A DNA stretch of 64,000 nt from Camelus ferus (Eukaryota), in contig NC_045696.1 in assembly GCF_009834535.1 (NCBI RefSeq), positions 69,566,001 to 69,630,000 of the forward strand. Reading direction: 5' to 3'. This document shows, piece by piece, positions 1-13,359 of this stretch (its first letter is position 1; each line of letters begins with the position of its first letter). The notes below the pieces were generated by a model. The model was not told the origin of the DNA. It ran no database searches and worked only from the letters and a program-made list of their open reading frames with translations. The position numbers and the translations under genes are program-made.

Positions 1-50
1 TGGGATATGCTGAGGACACTAACCGATGGCCTTTTCTCTCTGTCCCCCAG

Positions 51-228
51 TGTGATGGGGTTGGAGTGGACCTGAGCAGCATCTTCCTTGAAGGCATTGC
101 TATCCTCAACATTCCCAGCATGTACGGGGGCACCAATCTCTGGGGAGAAACCAAGAAGAACCGTGCTATGATCCGGGAAAGCAGGAAGGTCGTCACTGAC
201 CCCAAGGAACTGAAACTCTGTGTCCAAG
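51..228 (+). CDS. DGKG: DGKG internal coding exon (catalytic accessory region), 178 nt, phase 0 to 1; the gene begins upstream of the window
   Basis: Polypyrimidine tract and CAG acceptor at 48-50; donor GTAAG at 229. Translates [59 protein letters not shown], the type I DGK accessory-domain motif ([20 protein letters not shown]), recognised as DGK gamma. Confidence 0.96.
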
Positions 229-489
229 GTAAGCCAGGCATGAGGAAAATTGCTTAGGTCAGTGCCCCAGTGGGAGGGATGTTCAGATGGGTCTGTTAGC
301 AAACTGTATTAGGTTCTACAGCCTTACAAGAACCTGGTGCTCTGGAGATACACTGACTCATCATCCCTGATGCTGCAAAGTTTATAACCTAATTGAGAAG
401 AGAAAATTTACAATAAGGGAGCCCTAAATGATAATCAGTGATCAAAGTGGGACTCCATGAGGTTAGGAGTGACATGCTGCTTATGTCAA

Positions 490-1420
490 GGTTACAAGTG
501 TCCTTCAATGACTAAATACAATAGTCAATTCTCAACCTTGACCTTGCTCCATCTGTCAGCAGCATTTGACCCAACTGATCACTCCCTCTTCCTGGAAACG
601 CTGTTCACGTGGCTTCTAGGACTCCACACATTTTCGGTTTCCCTCCTACCTCACTGGTTACCCCTTCTTAGTCTCTTTTGCTGACTCCCCATCTTCTCTC
701 TAACCTCCTGATGCTGAAAGGTCCCCAGGCAGGATCCTCAACCCTCTTCTCTTTTCTGCCTGTACTCACTCCCTTGATGACCTCATCGTGTAGTGAGGCT
801 TTATTTAAACACCACGTGAGTGCCGGTGACTCAGCATGTCCAAAACTGAGCTCCTGATGTCCCTCCCCAGAACCTTCTCCACCCACAGCCTTCTCCATCT
901 CAGCTGAGGATAACTCCAACCTGCCCGTTGCTTAAGCCAAAACACTTGGCACCATCCTTGATCCCCTTTTATCTCACATCTCATATCCAATCCATCAGAA
1001 AATCTGTTCACTCTGCTTTAAAAAAACATCTAAGATCCTGCTTCTCTCCACTGTGTTCCTATCACTTTGGTCTGAGCAACATCTCGCATCCTCTGTCCCC
1101 TGGGTTACTGCAGATCCTCCTAACTGGATTCTCTGCTTCTACCCCCACCACCCTTTACAGGTATTCTCCCTCCTGTATCAGAATGCCCCTGGGAAAATAG
1201 GTCTGCTTATGCCACTCTCCTGCTCAAAATCCTGCAGTGGCTCAGATTAAAAGCTAAAGATCTTCACATGGCCTAGAGAGCCCCAGATGGTTTGGCCTCT
1301 AATTACCTGCAGATTTCATCTTCTTTTACTCTCCACCTCACTGCCTCTGCCTCCACCACCCTGGCTCCTCTTAACACAGCAGGCTGCTTCTGTGAACCCA
1401 CTATTCTTTCTGCCTGAAAC
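490..1420 (+). mobile_element. L2 LINE fragment (degenerate ORF2 reverse transcriptase through 3' region)
   Basis: ORF 457-684 contains LLHLSAAFDPTDHSLFLETL, matching the L2/CR1 RT motif LLDLSAAFDTVDHSLLL. Downstream C/T-rich sequence resembles the L2 consensus. Confidence 0.85.
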
Positions 1421-1837
1421 AACAAGGTAGGCTGTCTTAGAGGCCATCAGCTGGGCCTTCCCCTTCTCACCCACCAGGGTACAGAACAGAGCTTCCTCAG
1501 CTTTCCCAAAACTACTTTCAGCTCTACCCCTTACCAGCTCTTTCCACCAATGAACCAAATGGGACTCACTCAAAGCCCCTGGCAGTTCTGATTTCTCTGT
1601 GGATTAGATGAATGGGCCCTTCTGACCCCCAGGGATACTCCGTGGACTGGTGAGCTGGGGGAGAGAAGCCATATGTGAGGGCTTTGGCCAAGACCCCACA
1701 CATCAGGAGGGAGGAGAATGGATTTGAATCCAAGTGCTGGCACAAATGTGCTTTTTGGCACTTCAGTTTTCTTTGCTATAAAACCAGCGTCTGGTGTAAA
1801 AGTTTTGGTAACTGAATGGATGGCATTGAACCAGATC

Positions 1838-1992
1838 ATTGGTTTTTAAACCAGGCCTGCCTATTGAAAATGAAGAGGCCTGGGCCCTAGCCCAGATCTC
1901 CCTAATCAATCTCTAGGTTGGTTCCTGGGAATCTAAATTTGTAATGAGCTCCCCAGACAATCTGACAGGCTGCCAAGTTTGAGAACCACTGA
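1838..1992. mobile_element. MER5-like hAT-Charlie MITE remnant
   Basis: Ends in CCAAGTTTGAGAACCACTG, the MER5 terminus. Confidence 0.6.
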
Positions 1993-2859
1993 CGTAGACA
2001 AGTGTCCATGAATCTGGGTCTGGGTTCTTTGATGTCCCAGGCTGTTAGTCCTAAGGCTGGATGTGATCCCACCAGTGTAAGGAGACAAACCAGGCTGACC
2101 ATTGAAGGGAGTGGCTTATTTCAGACCCATCTATTAGAGAACCAGATTGTTATATCTCGAGGCAAGGTCACCAAGAGGTGTCATCTCCACACCTCTGTCC
2201 TTTAAGAGAGGACTCGAGAATTTTTTTTTCTCTGACACCCTAAGTCCTTTTTATTTCACACACTGAAGTTTTTGATTTGTATAAATTATTAAACTGAGTA
2301 ATGTTCCTCCTTTCTCCTTTGGCAGGGGAAGTTGTGGGTGCTAACAGAGGGTGGGGGAAGTGTTGGAGTTTGTAGAAAGTTCCTGCAAATTTTCCCATCC
2401 CAGTGTTCCCACCCCAACCCCCACTCTGGCCTCTAGGCAGAACAGAATCTGGGTAGAATCCACCTCCCCTCACCCAGGGCTGTGGGGGAGCTCTTGTTGA
2501 GGACATGTTCTGCCTGGGACTCAAGGACAACTGTCATCTTCCCCTTACATGTCTTACCATGTACCTTCCCCTTCTTCAGGCAAAAGTAATGTGTCTGCTG
2601 ATCGCTCTTGACCATCTTGTACAGGAACTCTCTTCCCCAAATCCCCCTTTCCCACCCCAAGAATATGCTTTCAGAGCTAAAATGAAGCTACTTCCTGTTC
2701 TTTAGATGAGAACATGAACTGATCAGAGCAGAGGCCAAGGAGGGAGCCTTGGCTTCTGGGCTTTGCAGAGACACCAACGTAGAGCTTTCTTTCTTAAAGG
2801 GCCATGATCTCATTTAAGATGAGATGTTAATGAGGAAAAACTAAAGAGGCAACCCGTTT

Positions 2860-2995
2860 TAGTGGAAATGCATTAGCCTGGGGAGTCAAGAGACCTGGGT
2901 TCCAGTCCAGACTCTGCCTCTCACTAGTGTGTGATGTTGGGTAAGTCCTTCCACCTTCTTGGGATTTCAGTTTTCATTATCTGTTAAATAGGCAA
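2860..2995 (+). mobile_element. MIR SINE
   Basis: GGAGTCAAGAGACCTGGGTTCCAGTCCAGACTCTGCC...CAGTTTTCATTATCTG, the MIR B-box and core. Confidence 0.75.
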
Positions 2996-3439
2996 ATCTG
3001 ACAATCATGTAAATTCCTCTGGAGCATAAGTTCCTTAAGGCTTAATCCACAGGATTAAGGCATGGCCAGGTTTTGGACTCCTTGGACAGAATTATATGGC
3101 AGGTTTCTTCCTTCTTGAAGTGTGTTGGTCTCACAATTGACAGGTCAGTGGCAAAAAAGGTAGCGCTCTCTCTCTGCAGGCTCTTCATTTGTTGGGCTTT
3201 GTTACTATTTGGCAATTTCACTGGGATCGGAGGTGAGGGAGAAGTCAGGAGAGAATAGCGGGAGGGAAGGGATTTATCATAGGAAGTATAAGAGGAAATG
3301 ACAACAGAAAAGGTTATTGTCAAATCTCATCACAGATCATCAGTCTTTCTCCTTGGGAAAGCAACCCAAGAAAGGTCATTCCACATTAGCATGAAATGAG
3401 TTCTGTAAAAACCATTGGCTGATCAGAAAGCAAGATGCG

Positions 3440-3630
3440 GTACTGGGTTGAGCACCAAGCTTGCAGTCAAATGACCTGGATTTAAATTTAGGCTTTACAC
3501 TTTCTAGTCTTAGAAACCTGGGAAAGTTACCCAATCTCCCCGAGTCTCAGCTTCCTGATCTTTAAAATGGGGATAATAATATCTAGCTTGTTATGATGAT
3601 GGATGCCACAGTACCTGGAACATAGTATAA
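3440..3630 (+). mobile_element. MIR SINE
   Basis: AAGTTACCCAATCTCCCCGAGTCTCAGCTTCCTGATCTTTAAAATGGGGATAATAATA, the MIR core. Confidence 0.75.
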
Positions 3631-4914
3631 GCTCCAACTTTAGAAAAGTGTTCTCTTCCCCTTTAATGTGATTTTATGTTGGGGCATACCAGTTGAATTC
3701 CTGATTTTGAAGTTCTTCTCTTTAGCGTTGCCACCCGCCTGCACTATCACTAAAAAAGAGCTCCTGCCAAATTCCAGCCTGGCCTCTGCCCTAGTACATT
3801 AAACTTATACCATCGATTGTACTTACTGTCTGCTTTCCTACACCTTTCAGATTCTAAGGATAAAGGGTGGATGGTATTCATCTTTGTATCCCCGGTGCCT
3901 GACCCAATGTAGTTAGTCCAAAAAACATTGTTGGATAAATGAGAAGTACCTGGGCACTGGTTCTTTTTCGTTTTTAAAACAGCAATAAGAGTAGTCACAG
4001 ATCATCTCTTGTATTTATATTTCGTTTTGGCCTGCAAATAGTTTTGTATATATTGACTTAATCTGATCCTAAGCAGAAACCCATGAGCAAGGTTAGACCC
4101 ATTCACCTCCATATCCCTATCTCATAGTTGGGAAGAACAGAAGCCCAGCGCAGCAGCAGGACTTAACCAATTTATGTCCAGTGGTGGCATCAGAACCAAG
4201 TCCATGATTCCTGGCCTCGCCCCAAGTGGCTAGTGTCCAACTAGAAATTTTATTTAAGGTCCTACTATGTGTATCGCACAGGCCAGGAACTCAGAAAACA
4301 GGAAGCATTTATGACCCAGTCCAAGGAAAGTCTCCACATACACTTGGTTGAAATTCTGCTCCTCCTGCTAGGCTTGCCTCAACAGCCATCTCCTTCCTGG
4401 AGCCTATTGGTGGCGCCTCTGGAAGTGAGTTCAGCCTCTGAAATTCTAGAGCGCTTAATTTTGCCTTCTGTCTTGACAGTTCACTAATTAAGGGTTGCCT
4501 TGTTTTATAGGCATGTGTATCCTTATATCTTTCTCCTGCCAGTACCTGGAAAATTGGGAGCTTGTGTTCTTCATCTCTGTGACCCCTTCAAAGCCTAACA
4601 CCCTACCTGGTTCACGTTGTTCTACAGAAACGTTTGTCAGAGGGAGGGAGAGGAGGGGAAGGAATCTTGCCCTTGGTCTGCCCCCATAGTGGGTGGTAGA
4701 TTCTGGAGCTGGACAGGAACAGACACTCAGTGAAAAATCTTGGGGAAAAAAATAGTCTTATAAAGAGTTCGATGCAAATATTTGTGAGACTGAGAATTTC
4801 CTTTCACAGAACTATTAGAAATTCACTTGTTAATTAAGATGAATTGGCTGTTTCAAAGAAGTCAACACATATGGCCCCTAGAGAACTTGTAGCTGAGAGT
4901 CAGTGTAGAGGAGG

Positions 4915-5140
4915 GGACTGGCCATTGAGCTAGGAGTTAGAAGACACAGGCCTCCCCATCACCAGCCGTGTGATGCTGGTTGAGTCAGTGAACCTCTCCA
5001 AGCCTCCACTGCAACCCTTGCAAAATGGAAACAATTACAGCCTCTCTCCCTCAGCAGTGCCACCTTGTTCTGAGGGTTAAATGAGATCATCCACATAGGC
5101 ACTTAGCAGGATACTCAGAACACAGGGTGCTTGATCAGTA
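4915..5140 (+). mobile_element. MIR SINE
   Basis: Core AACCTCTCCAAGCCTC...AAAATGG followed by GAGGGTTAAATGAGATCAT...GCACTTAGCA. Confidence 0.65.
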
Positions 5141-7211
5141 GTAATCAGAAGTATCAGAGGTATTGCTAAGTGACAAGTGGAAGGTGATAAGTATGTAGTA
5201 TTTAAATAAGAAAAGGCCCAGATTTAGAATTTCACTCTCTTGGCTTCTGCTTCAGGAATTCGGTCTTGATTGTCTTTAAATTACCTGTGGCTCTAACAAC
5301 ATGTACCTCTAGGGTTGTCTCTGGGCCCTCTGCTGCAGTGTGTTTGGCTGCTGCTGCCCATGTGGGGTTCCACCTGAGCTGCTGTCTGGGGAAAGGGGCC
5401 CAGTCCTGAAGCACCAAGGGCACATGTGGCTAGATTGGTCCCCGCGAGGTTAGGGAGCGAAGCCCCAGGAAGCTCTGCCATTGGTTCTCTCTGGCCCTGC
5501 CCTGGGTATTAATGCAGAAACTCCCTACACACGTTCTCAAACTCTTTACTGAGCCTCATATCTGCCCCATGCAGCCTTCCCCTTGGGCCAGCAGCAGCCT
5601 CGGGGCTGGGCCACCCACACCCAGCCCCTCTAGCTCTCTGATACTAAGGCCACGTTTCCCGTAGTGATTTCTTAGCCAGTCCCATTTGAACCACCACAGG
5701 GTGTCCTGGACAAGACTCTAAACAGAGAGGGCAAAATCTCCCCGGACTTTCACTAGGTAATAATTTTTGCCATTCCTGGTGAACAAACACAGGGAGACAG
5801 CACCGTTGGTAGAATGTACCCTTTGAGTTAATTTCCCAGCCATGGGGACAGGCTTTCTGTCATTTATTCAACACACATCTGAAAAGCACCTACCAAGTGC
5901 CAGGTACCAGGGCACAACAATGAGCAAAAACAGACCTAATGCCTGCAGCCACTAGGGAGTATGGGAGCCAGGCCTCAGGAAAGTAATCCCACAGACAGGC
6001 AGGAAATTAGGATTGGTGATAAGGGCTAATAGGGACACTTGAGTGACTAGCCAGCACTCCAGCAAGGCCAGTGTGTGGCTCACAGACAACGCCTTGCCAG
6101 CTTGGTACTCAAACCAACAAACAGGCACTCACACAGGACCCCTCTTGGCAAATGCATACAGTCATCAAATCTGCTGCCCAGATGCCAGCCTCTTGCCTGG
6201 AAAGAGGAAAACCCTCCTGCTTCAAGATCAATTGATTCCGCTACTTTGCAGGCACAGGCGGTTCAGTCACCTGTGTGGATCGTCACTAATTGTATGGGTC
6301 ATACCCTGAATCCCAAAGCCAGGGAAAGGGATGCCACCCAGCCATCACAGACCCACCCTCGCAAGTGGGGAGCCAGAGCTCAGATGGGACAACAGAGTAG
6401 TCGTGAGCGCCTGAGTTCACTGCTTCTGCGAGCTGTCTTCTCACTGGTGTGAAACTGGAACAGAAAGTGGCCTGTTGGGTTCAAGAGCTGTCAGGGTTGT
6501 AGGTTCCCTATTTTCCCATTAAAGATGGTCAGAGTGAGCAGTTGTCAGTTACTTACTGCTCATTTGGGTTGGAAAATAGAAATATTCCTAAAAAGTATGT
6601 ATTTTACAGAGGTCTCTCTGGCCAAGGTCTCACCTGAGGGGCTGAGACAGGGCAAGGCAAGTGGCCCCTAAAGAGCCTGGGGGTACTTGGGGTGGGGTGT
6701 GCACTGGGACTCCCCTTGGTGCTAGGAACTAACCATGGCAACACAGTCATTCTTCTCCAGTGGTGGCAGGCCTACAGAGAGACTCCACTTTTCACAGGAA
6801 ATAGCAGCTTTGTCATTCAGTCCTTCAAGCACCCACATTGAAATCAACATGCCCCAAACCAGGCATTATCTTCCCACTCTTCACACACCCTCCCCTCTCC
6901 TAAAGTCCACTGCCCAGACCCAGGTTCTCTGCCGTGTTGATAGCATCCCCAAGCTAGAGCCCCAGGGTCACGCATTTGCCCTCACAGCGGCTCGTGGAAC
7001 TCTCCTGTAATTTTTTTACTTACAGAGTGTCTCTCCATCCCAACTGTGAGCACCTCAGCTCCAGATGTCATGGTTCCTTCTTCATCCCTGTGCCTGGCAC
7101 AATCTCTGAGTCTTTCAAAGAGCTTATTAATCTAGGTTGACCAAAAGCACCCAGGGTCAGGGACACCTGGAGGGGTGAGTTAGGGAGTTATGTTCGATGG
7201 AATGGAGTGTA

Positions 7212-7268
<57 letters not shown>
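7212..7268. repeat. Compound microsatellite (TG)12 followed by (AG)n
   Basis: Read directly from the sequence. Confidence 0.95.
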
Positions 7269-7698
7269 CGCCGGTGTGCAGTGTTCCAGGACCCCTGTGC
7301 CGACATCGGCCTGTACAGGAGGCCGGGACGTCCACCTCCCTCCCGTCCTCACCCTTCCCTTCTCCAAGCCGCTATGTGTTCCCAGCTGCCTCTATACCAG
7401 GCAGTTGCTCCATGCCTGGCAGGGCTGCCTGCTAGACTCTGTGGGTTAGGGCAGGTATGTTTTTGTAGCTTCCAAATGAAGGCCACCCAACCTGATCCCC
7501 AGATGCCTGTTTCTGTAGAAACGATGATGTCTTCGATGGAGTACTGAAATCCTAGAATCTCTTGGAAATTTAGAGATCATTCTGTCCTCTAGATAAGGAA
7601 AGTGAGAAGCAGCAAGGTGAAGTAGCTGGCCCTTGGCCAAACCCAGACTGAAATGCAGGTCTTTTCACTCACACAGGCCAGACCTCTGTCCCCTGAGG

Positions 7699-7925
7699 CA
7701 GAGGTTGGCAGATTTTTCTGTCAAGGGCCACACAGTAACTATGAAAATAGTTAGGCTTTGTGGGCCCAACAGTCTCGGATACAAGTGTTTACCTGAACCA
7801 CTTAGTGTGAAAACCGCCATAGACACCACAGCAGCGAATGGGCATGGCTGTGTTCCAACCCAACTGTATTTACAGACAAGCAGCAGGCTGGATTTGGCCC
7901 TCGAGCTGTGGTTTGCCCATCCCTA
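7699..7925 (+). mobile_element. MER58A-like hAT-Charlie MITE
   Basis: Full-length match to the recalled MER58A consensus (CAGAGGTTGGCAGATTTTTCTGTCAAGGGCC...GGCATGGCTGTGTTCCAA...GATTTGGCCC...GTTTGCCCATCCCTA), with imperfect TIRs. Confidence 0.85.
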
Positions 7926-7929
7926 CACT

Positions 7930-8068
7930 AGAACCAGCAGCAAGGGCATCACCTGAGAGGGTCAGAAATACAGACCCTCAGGCCCCAGGCCAGACCCACT
8001 GAAGCCGAGTCTGTCCGCCGACAAGCTCCCCGGGGATAGACACTCACTCAAGCTTGAGAAGCACCACG
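7930..8068. mobile_element. MER5-like fragment abutting MER58
   Basis: CAGCAGCAAGGGCATCACCTGAGAG...AAGCTTGAGAAGCAC resembles MER5A. Confidence 0.55.
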
Positions 8069-9884
8069 CTGGTGGGCCGGGCTGCTCCCCCTGAGAATGC
8101 CAAGAAGAAACTTCACAGATTAGAAAAAGGAGGACCAGGGAGATTCATTGACCTACCCAAGTTCACACAAACTGGTGGAACTGGGACTGGAACCCAAGTC
8201 CCAGTATTTCAAATATAGAATTCTTTCTACCCACCCCAGCCTCCCCACTTCTGCCTGTCCCTCACCCCACTCCTACTCCAATTTACTAGAAATTCCAGCA
8301 AAGCCATCCTTCATCCTTCCTCAGCCGACTTCTGAATCAACAGGGCTCTGCCTCCAGCTGTCCCCGCCCCTCCCCACCGAGGCCGGGAGGGGCGGGCAAG
8401 GCAGAATTCAGCCTCCGGAGGCTGTTCACATCTGCAGAGAGAAACTTGCTCACACAGGTTCAAGCTGGAGTGAAACTCCAGCTTAATTCCTGCCTTAGGA
8501 GGTTTGCTGCTCAAAATAGAACCAGAGAGCCAAGGAACCATTCATTTTTCACATGCAGAAAAAACTTCCAGCCTGGCTCTTTGGCTGGCCTAGACACCTT
8601 TGATTCTTCCCTTCCCACTTGCCCCACCTCGGCCCACATGCTGACGCCTGTTCCCCTGTAGCAGCTCTTCAGCTGTTTGATATCCGGCACCTCCTAAGGC
8701 CCAACTACGGCAAAACTGCACGCTGGCCACACACTTGGCACAGCCTAATAAACATCACTATGCTTCTTGACCTGTTTCTCAGTTGTACAAGAAGTGTCCC
8801 ATCTTCTTGACTAATCAAAAAATGTATATTGTGCTGTTATTTACTGAGCACTTACTTATGGGCCAAGCCTGTTCCATATCTAATTATTTAATCCATTTTA
8901 TGGCTGAAGACACTGAGGCTCATGGGGTTAAGTGACCGGCCCAAGAATATAGGCAATACTCAATAGAGTGGGACTCAAACCTGCCTTCAAGGACCCAGAG
9001 TGCTGCAGGTGCTGTAGAGGGTGCAGGCAGGAGGGTGAAGGGGTCCTGATCTCCAGGAGTTCTCAGTCTAATACAAGAAATACATGTAGAACAGTCATGC
9101 TAACACTACATGATAGGCACTGCACCTTGGAGTGGCAGAAATAGTATCATCAGGGTGGGGGGAGAAAAGGAGGGCCTTTCCTTAGGAACTCAATTCCCAG
9201 CTGCCCAGCACTGTGCCAGGCACCCAGGAGGTCATCAATAAATGTTTGCTATATGACCAAATGATGAAGGAATGAATGCATAAGTGAGATTGAATGTGTG
9301 TGTGCTAGTAATACTTGAAGCTAGAAAGGACTTGAAAAGACAGAAGGAAAGAAGGGGGCCATGAGCTACAGGAATAGCAAAAGGGAAGACTGGAAAGATG
9401 GGGACCCTTGAGTAACGTGCCATGGAGTGTATATGTGATCCTTTGAATAATGGGAAGAGATGAAGGGTTTGAAGCCAGGAGCAATAGGATGCGAGAGAGG
9501 CATGTGGTGTGGATTTGAGGAAAGGGAGAGAAACTGGCAGCGAGGAGGCCAGAGAGGAAGCCGGTGCAGAGCACAGGCTTATAACTCTAAGGCCTTGAAT
9601 GGGACTCAGTGGCACAAAAGGGGAAATGGACAGAAGCCAACCAGAAGTAGGGGACAGACAAAAGGGACACTACCATGTGGGTGACTCCTCCCTCCCCATA
9701 AATCATCCAGCAGGGTCCCAGCTTCTTCTACCCACAAGCTCAGCCTTCTCCTGTCTGCCTCCATTCCAAAGCCCTCCCCTTTACTGGTGCTTCTGTTGGC
9801 AGAATAGACGCCTTAAGCAGATTCCTAGGTCTCCTCCACCTCCGGCTGCAGCCAGCACCCACCTCTTCCCGTTTTCAGGACAGT

Positions 9885-10115
9885 TTGTCCAACACTTGTT
9901 AAGCACCTGCTTGGATATAGCAGTAGATGCTAGAAATATTTTGCATTCATCATCTCATTTTAATCCCCTACAGCTCTCCTGAGAGACACTTTATAAGTCA
10001 GAAAATGAGGCCCAGGGAGGTTAACTGACCTGTCCAAGGCCACCCTAATTAGTGGACCTGGGACTGGCACCAAGGCCACGTATTCCAAACCTGGCATCGT
10101 TTCCATTCACACCAC
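9885..10115 (-). mobile_element. MIR SINE (reverse)
   Basis: ATCTCATTTAATCCC...GAAAATGAGGCCCAGGGAGGTTAACTGACCTGTCCAAGGCCAC, the reverse MIR core. Confidence 0.7.
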
Positions 10116-10589
10116 AGTACCCTCCCCCACTTCCCCTTACCCAACAACCTGGAAGAGTCACAACCCTCCTCTAGCCTTGCCTTTCTGCGTGTGCATGTCC
10201 CTCTGAGCTGTGATTCATTTGGTGGGCGTAGATCTCTTTAATGTACCTTCTGTGTGTTACGCCTGAGAATCAGGCTTGAGTTGAACTGGAAAATCTCACC
10301 ACTAATTGATTTAGTTTATTACATACACTGTACCTGGAATTGAAGCTTCTTGAGTGGGCAGAGTCATGCCAGATAATACACCAACTAGTATTTGATCTTA
10401 AGGCCAAGAAAGTCGGCATTCCATTTAACAAGACCTCATTGCTGGGAAGTCTTCCCTGAGAAGGGCTGAGAAGAGGCTCACCCCACCCCACCCGCGCTTC
10501 CCTGCCCTCAGATGCCCCATCACTCCAAGTCATCTTGTCTCTGCCTTGAGTCCTTTATTCAGAGCTTCTGAAGAAACGTAAAATCGCAG

Positions 10590-10800
10590 TAACGGCCTGT
10601 TTCTCGAGGGCCTTCCGTGTGCTCTCTGTGCAGGCCCTGGGTGGCATCACTTCTAAACCTCACAACGCTGCCAGTGAGGTTATTAGAGCCGCATTTTCCA
10701 GATAAAACACTCAGAGAAGCTAAGTGACTTCTCCCAAAGTGACAGAACTAGTGAGCGCCGGACAGTAGGATTCAGACCCACGTGTGTCCAGAGCCTGGGC
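10590..10800 (-). mobile_element. MIR SINE (reverse)
   Basis: CATTTTCCAGATAAAACACTCAGAGAAGCTAAGTGACTT...GGATTCAGACCC. Confidence 0.65.
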
Positions 10801-11599
10801 TCTGTGCTTCTCGAGCTGGCCCAGCAGCACGTTCTCTATGCTGGGTTAACAGGATGCCCGGGGATGAGCCCCCTGCCTGTTTGGTTTGCCTGCAGAGGGT
10901 CCTCTGCCTTTATGCTGTGTCTGAGTTAGGATCTCTAGGGAAGGCACAGGTCATAGGTTACCCTTCAGTTAAGTTATGATTGGGATGCCTGAGGACCTGG
11001 TGTTTTGAAATGCCGGGTGGGAACATGCGGGGTAAGTTATAGCCTTTCCTTACTCGCCCTTTTGTGCCCAAGGAAACCCCAAAGCCCCTTCCATCTCCAT
11101 CTCCTCACCCACAGCCTGTTTTCAGGCTGCCATGCTTCTAAGCCAGCTTTGAAGCTCTCTAGCTGGGAGCAGTCTTTCATCTGCACAGATCAGACCCAGT
11201 GGGGAGCTTAGGTGGGCTGATCAGTGTCCGGCTTTGTTGGGCCCTGGTTGCCTCAGCCACCAAGGGCACAGGGCCCATCTCATGGGAATTTGGAGGCAAG
11301 AGAGGAGGCCAAGGTGACGTCTCCCACAGCCTTGGGAGGCCGTGTCTGCCGGCTACCACTCACCTGTCTAGGCTGTGGGGACCAATCCTGGCCCACTGGA
11401 GCAAAGCAGAGCTTGCATCCTCTTTTTCCGCAGAGAGTAAGAAGGTCCTGCACCCCTTCCCAGGGAAGGCAGCTTCTCACAGCCCAGTCATAAGGGGTGT
11501 TTCTAGTTGCTGCTTACGGGGCTTCTTCACATTCTTTATCTCTGCCTTCCTCAGAATCACCCATGATGTAGTTTTTATTATTGTCTCTGTTATGGGCAA

Positions 11600-12032
11600 G
11601 GACATTGGCAGGGAATTTTGTCCCCCCCCACCAAATTTATATGTGAAGTCCCAACCCCCATGACCCTGGAATGTGGCTATATTTGGAGATAGAGACTTTA
11701 AAGAGGTGATTAAGCTTAAATGAGGCAGTTAGGGTGGGCTCTAGTCCAATCTGATGGGTGTTCTTATAAGAAAAGGACATTTGGACACAGAGAGACACCA
11801 GAGATGGGTGTGCAAGAGGAAGGACCACTGTGAAGAGGAAGGACTATGTGAAGTGGCCAGGGGTGGCCACCTGCAAACCAAGGCCAGGGGCTTCGGAAGA
11901 AGCCCATCCTGCTAGGTGCAAGGTGCACCTTGACCTTACCCTTCAGTCTCCAGAGCTGTGAGAAAAATAGATGTGTGGTGTTAAACCCACCAGCCTGTGG
12001 GATTCTGTTACAGCAGCCCTCACAAACCAACA
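11600..12032 (+). mobile_element. MLT1-family (ERVL-MaLR) solo LTR
   Basis: TGTCCCCCCCACCAAATTTATATGTGAAGTCC...ATTTGGAGATAG...TAAATGAGG...CTCCAGAGCTGTGAGAAAAATA...GTTACAGCAGCCC...AAACCAACA, a typical MLT1 layout. Confidence 0.85.
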
Positions 12033-13359
12033 GAAGAGCTTCAGATCAGCATTCGCTGACTGGTGTTACCCACTGAACTGATAGGATTCCAGCCCAAAGT
12101 CAGGACACTTAGCATCTTAGTCTGCCTGTGCTGCCATAACCTAGATAAAGGGACAGCACCCACAGGTTTTCCTGTGTCACACAGCTGCTCTAGGGTATGC
12201 AGCAGCCTTCCTCACCACTCTGATGGGGTTGTTCAGAAACACCTGTGGTGCCACCACATAATCAGAGTTTCAGCCCCTTCACTGAGGGTTGCTTGATTTC
12301 CTAGGCTGGCCCTCTTGGTTTCCTCAGACTGAACCCTGGAGTGCTGATAGAAGGGGGGATGGAGGGGGAGGGGAGAGTGAAAGTGAAGATAGCAAGGCAT
12401 CCTGCTAGGCTAAGGCCCTTGCACGCTTCTCCAGGGCACCACAAGAGCGAGAAGCCCAAATCAGGACCCCATCTATCCCTTACACCTTAAATGACTGCAT
12501 TTTCATTAATGTCAACCAGCTGGCAAGATGAGGATGGACATAAAAATTATGCATTAAGGCAGAGAGGCAAAAAACAGACTGGGTCATCATTATCTGTTAC
12601 ATGCAGATTAAATGAGTTAACTCATGGAAAGCCTGTTATCCAGTTCAATCTAGACAAGTTGTTATTACTATTAATCATTATCTTTTTCCTCTTTCATGCT
12701 AAACCTGTCAGGGTCTTTGGCACTAAAGCATGTATCTAATTCAGTTTATTCAACAAACAATTATTGGGAGCCTTTTATATGCCAAGGGCTGGGCTAGTTG
12801 CTAAAGATGCAAACACAAACAAAACAAGAAGAGTAAATACATCCTTGCCTTCAACTCTCAATGTGGTTGGGAGAGTGATGTGTGTGTACAGAAACAATTG
12901 TCCTTGAGTGAGAGCACTATCTGAGCACAGGAGAAGGAAGAAGCACAGTGCCTGGCGTATCCCAGGAGGATAGAGAGGAGTTCTCCAGGCAGAGGGTTAC
13001 CTGTGCAGGGAGCAGGACCAGATAGCGAATGACCTTGCCTGACTCGCTCAGAACTAAGACCAATGGTCCCTTGGGCTTCCAGAGGGTTTGACGAGGGAAA
13101 ATGTGCCCCTTAAATACGAGTGCTCTGCCAGCCTTTACCTGTGGGTACTGAGCTGCAAGCCTTCCTCCCTGCAGTCGGCAGGACTAAAGAATTAAAAGCC
13201 AAATGGCGCTGTTGAGATCAAAGAAGTGGGGAAAGGAGCAGAATCAGGGAAGAGTTTAAAGGAGGAAGAAACCTCCGAAGAGGGATGCTTGCTTCCTCTA
13301 ACGCTCACCTGGATTTACAGCCATGGTGTGAACCCATGAGGGACACTGAAACATGAAAC

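Noticed and set aside
66..257. ORF-track 63-aa ORF as a standalone gene
   Set aside because: It is the DGKG exon read from an internal GTG and running past the GT donor at 229 into intron.
457..684. ORF with a reverse-transcriptase-like motif, as a retron or novel RT
   Set aside because: It is a short decayed L2 ORF2 relic, frameshifted and without a visible catalytic YxDD motif.
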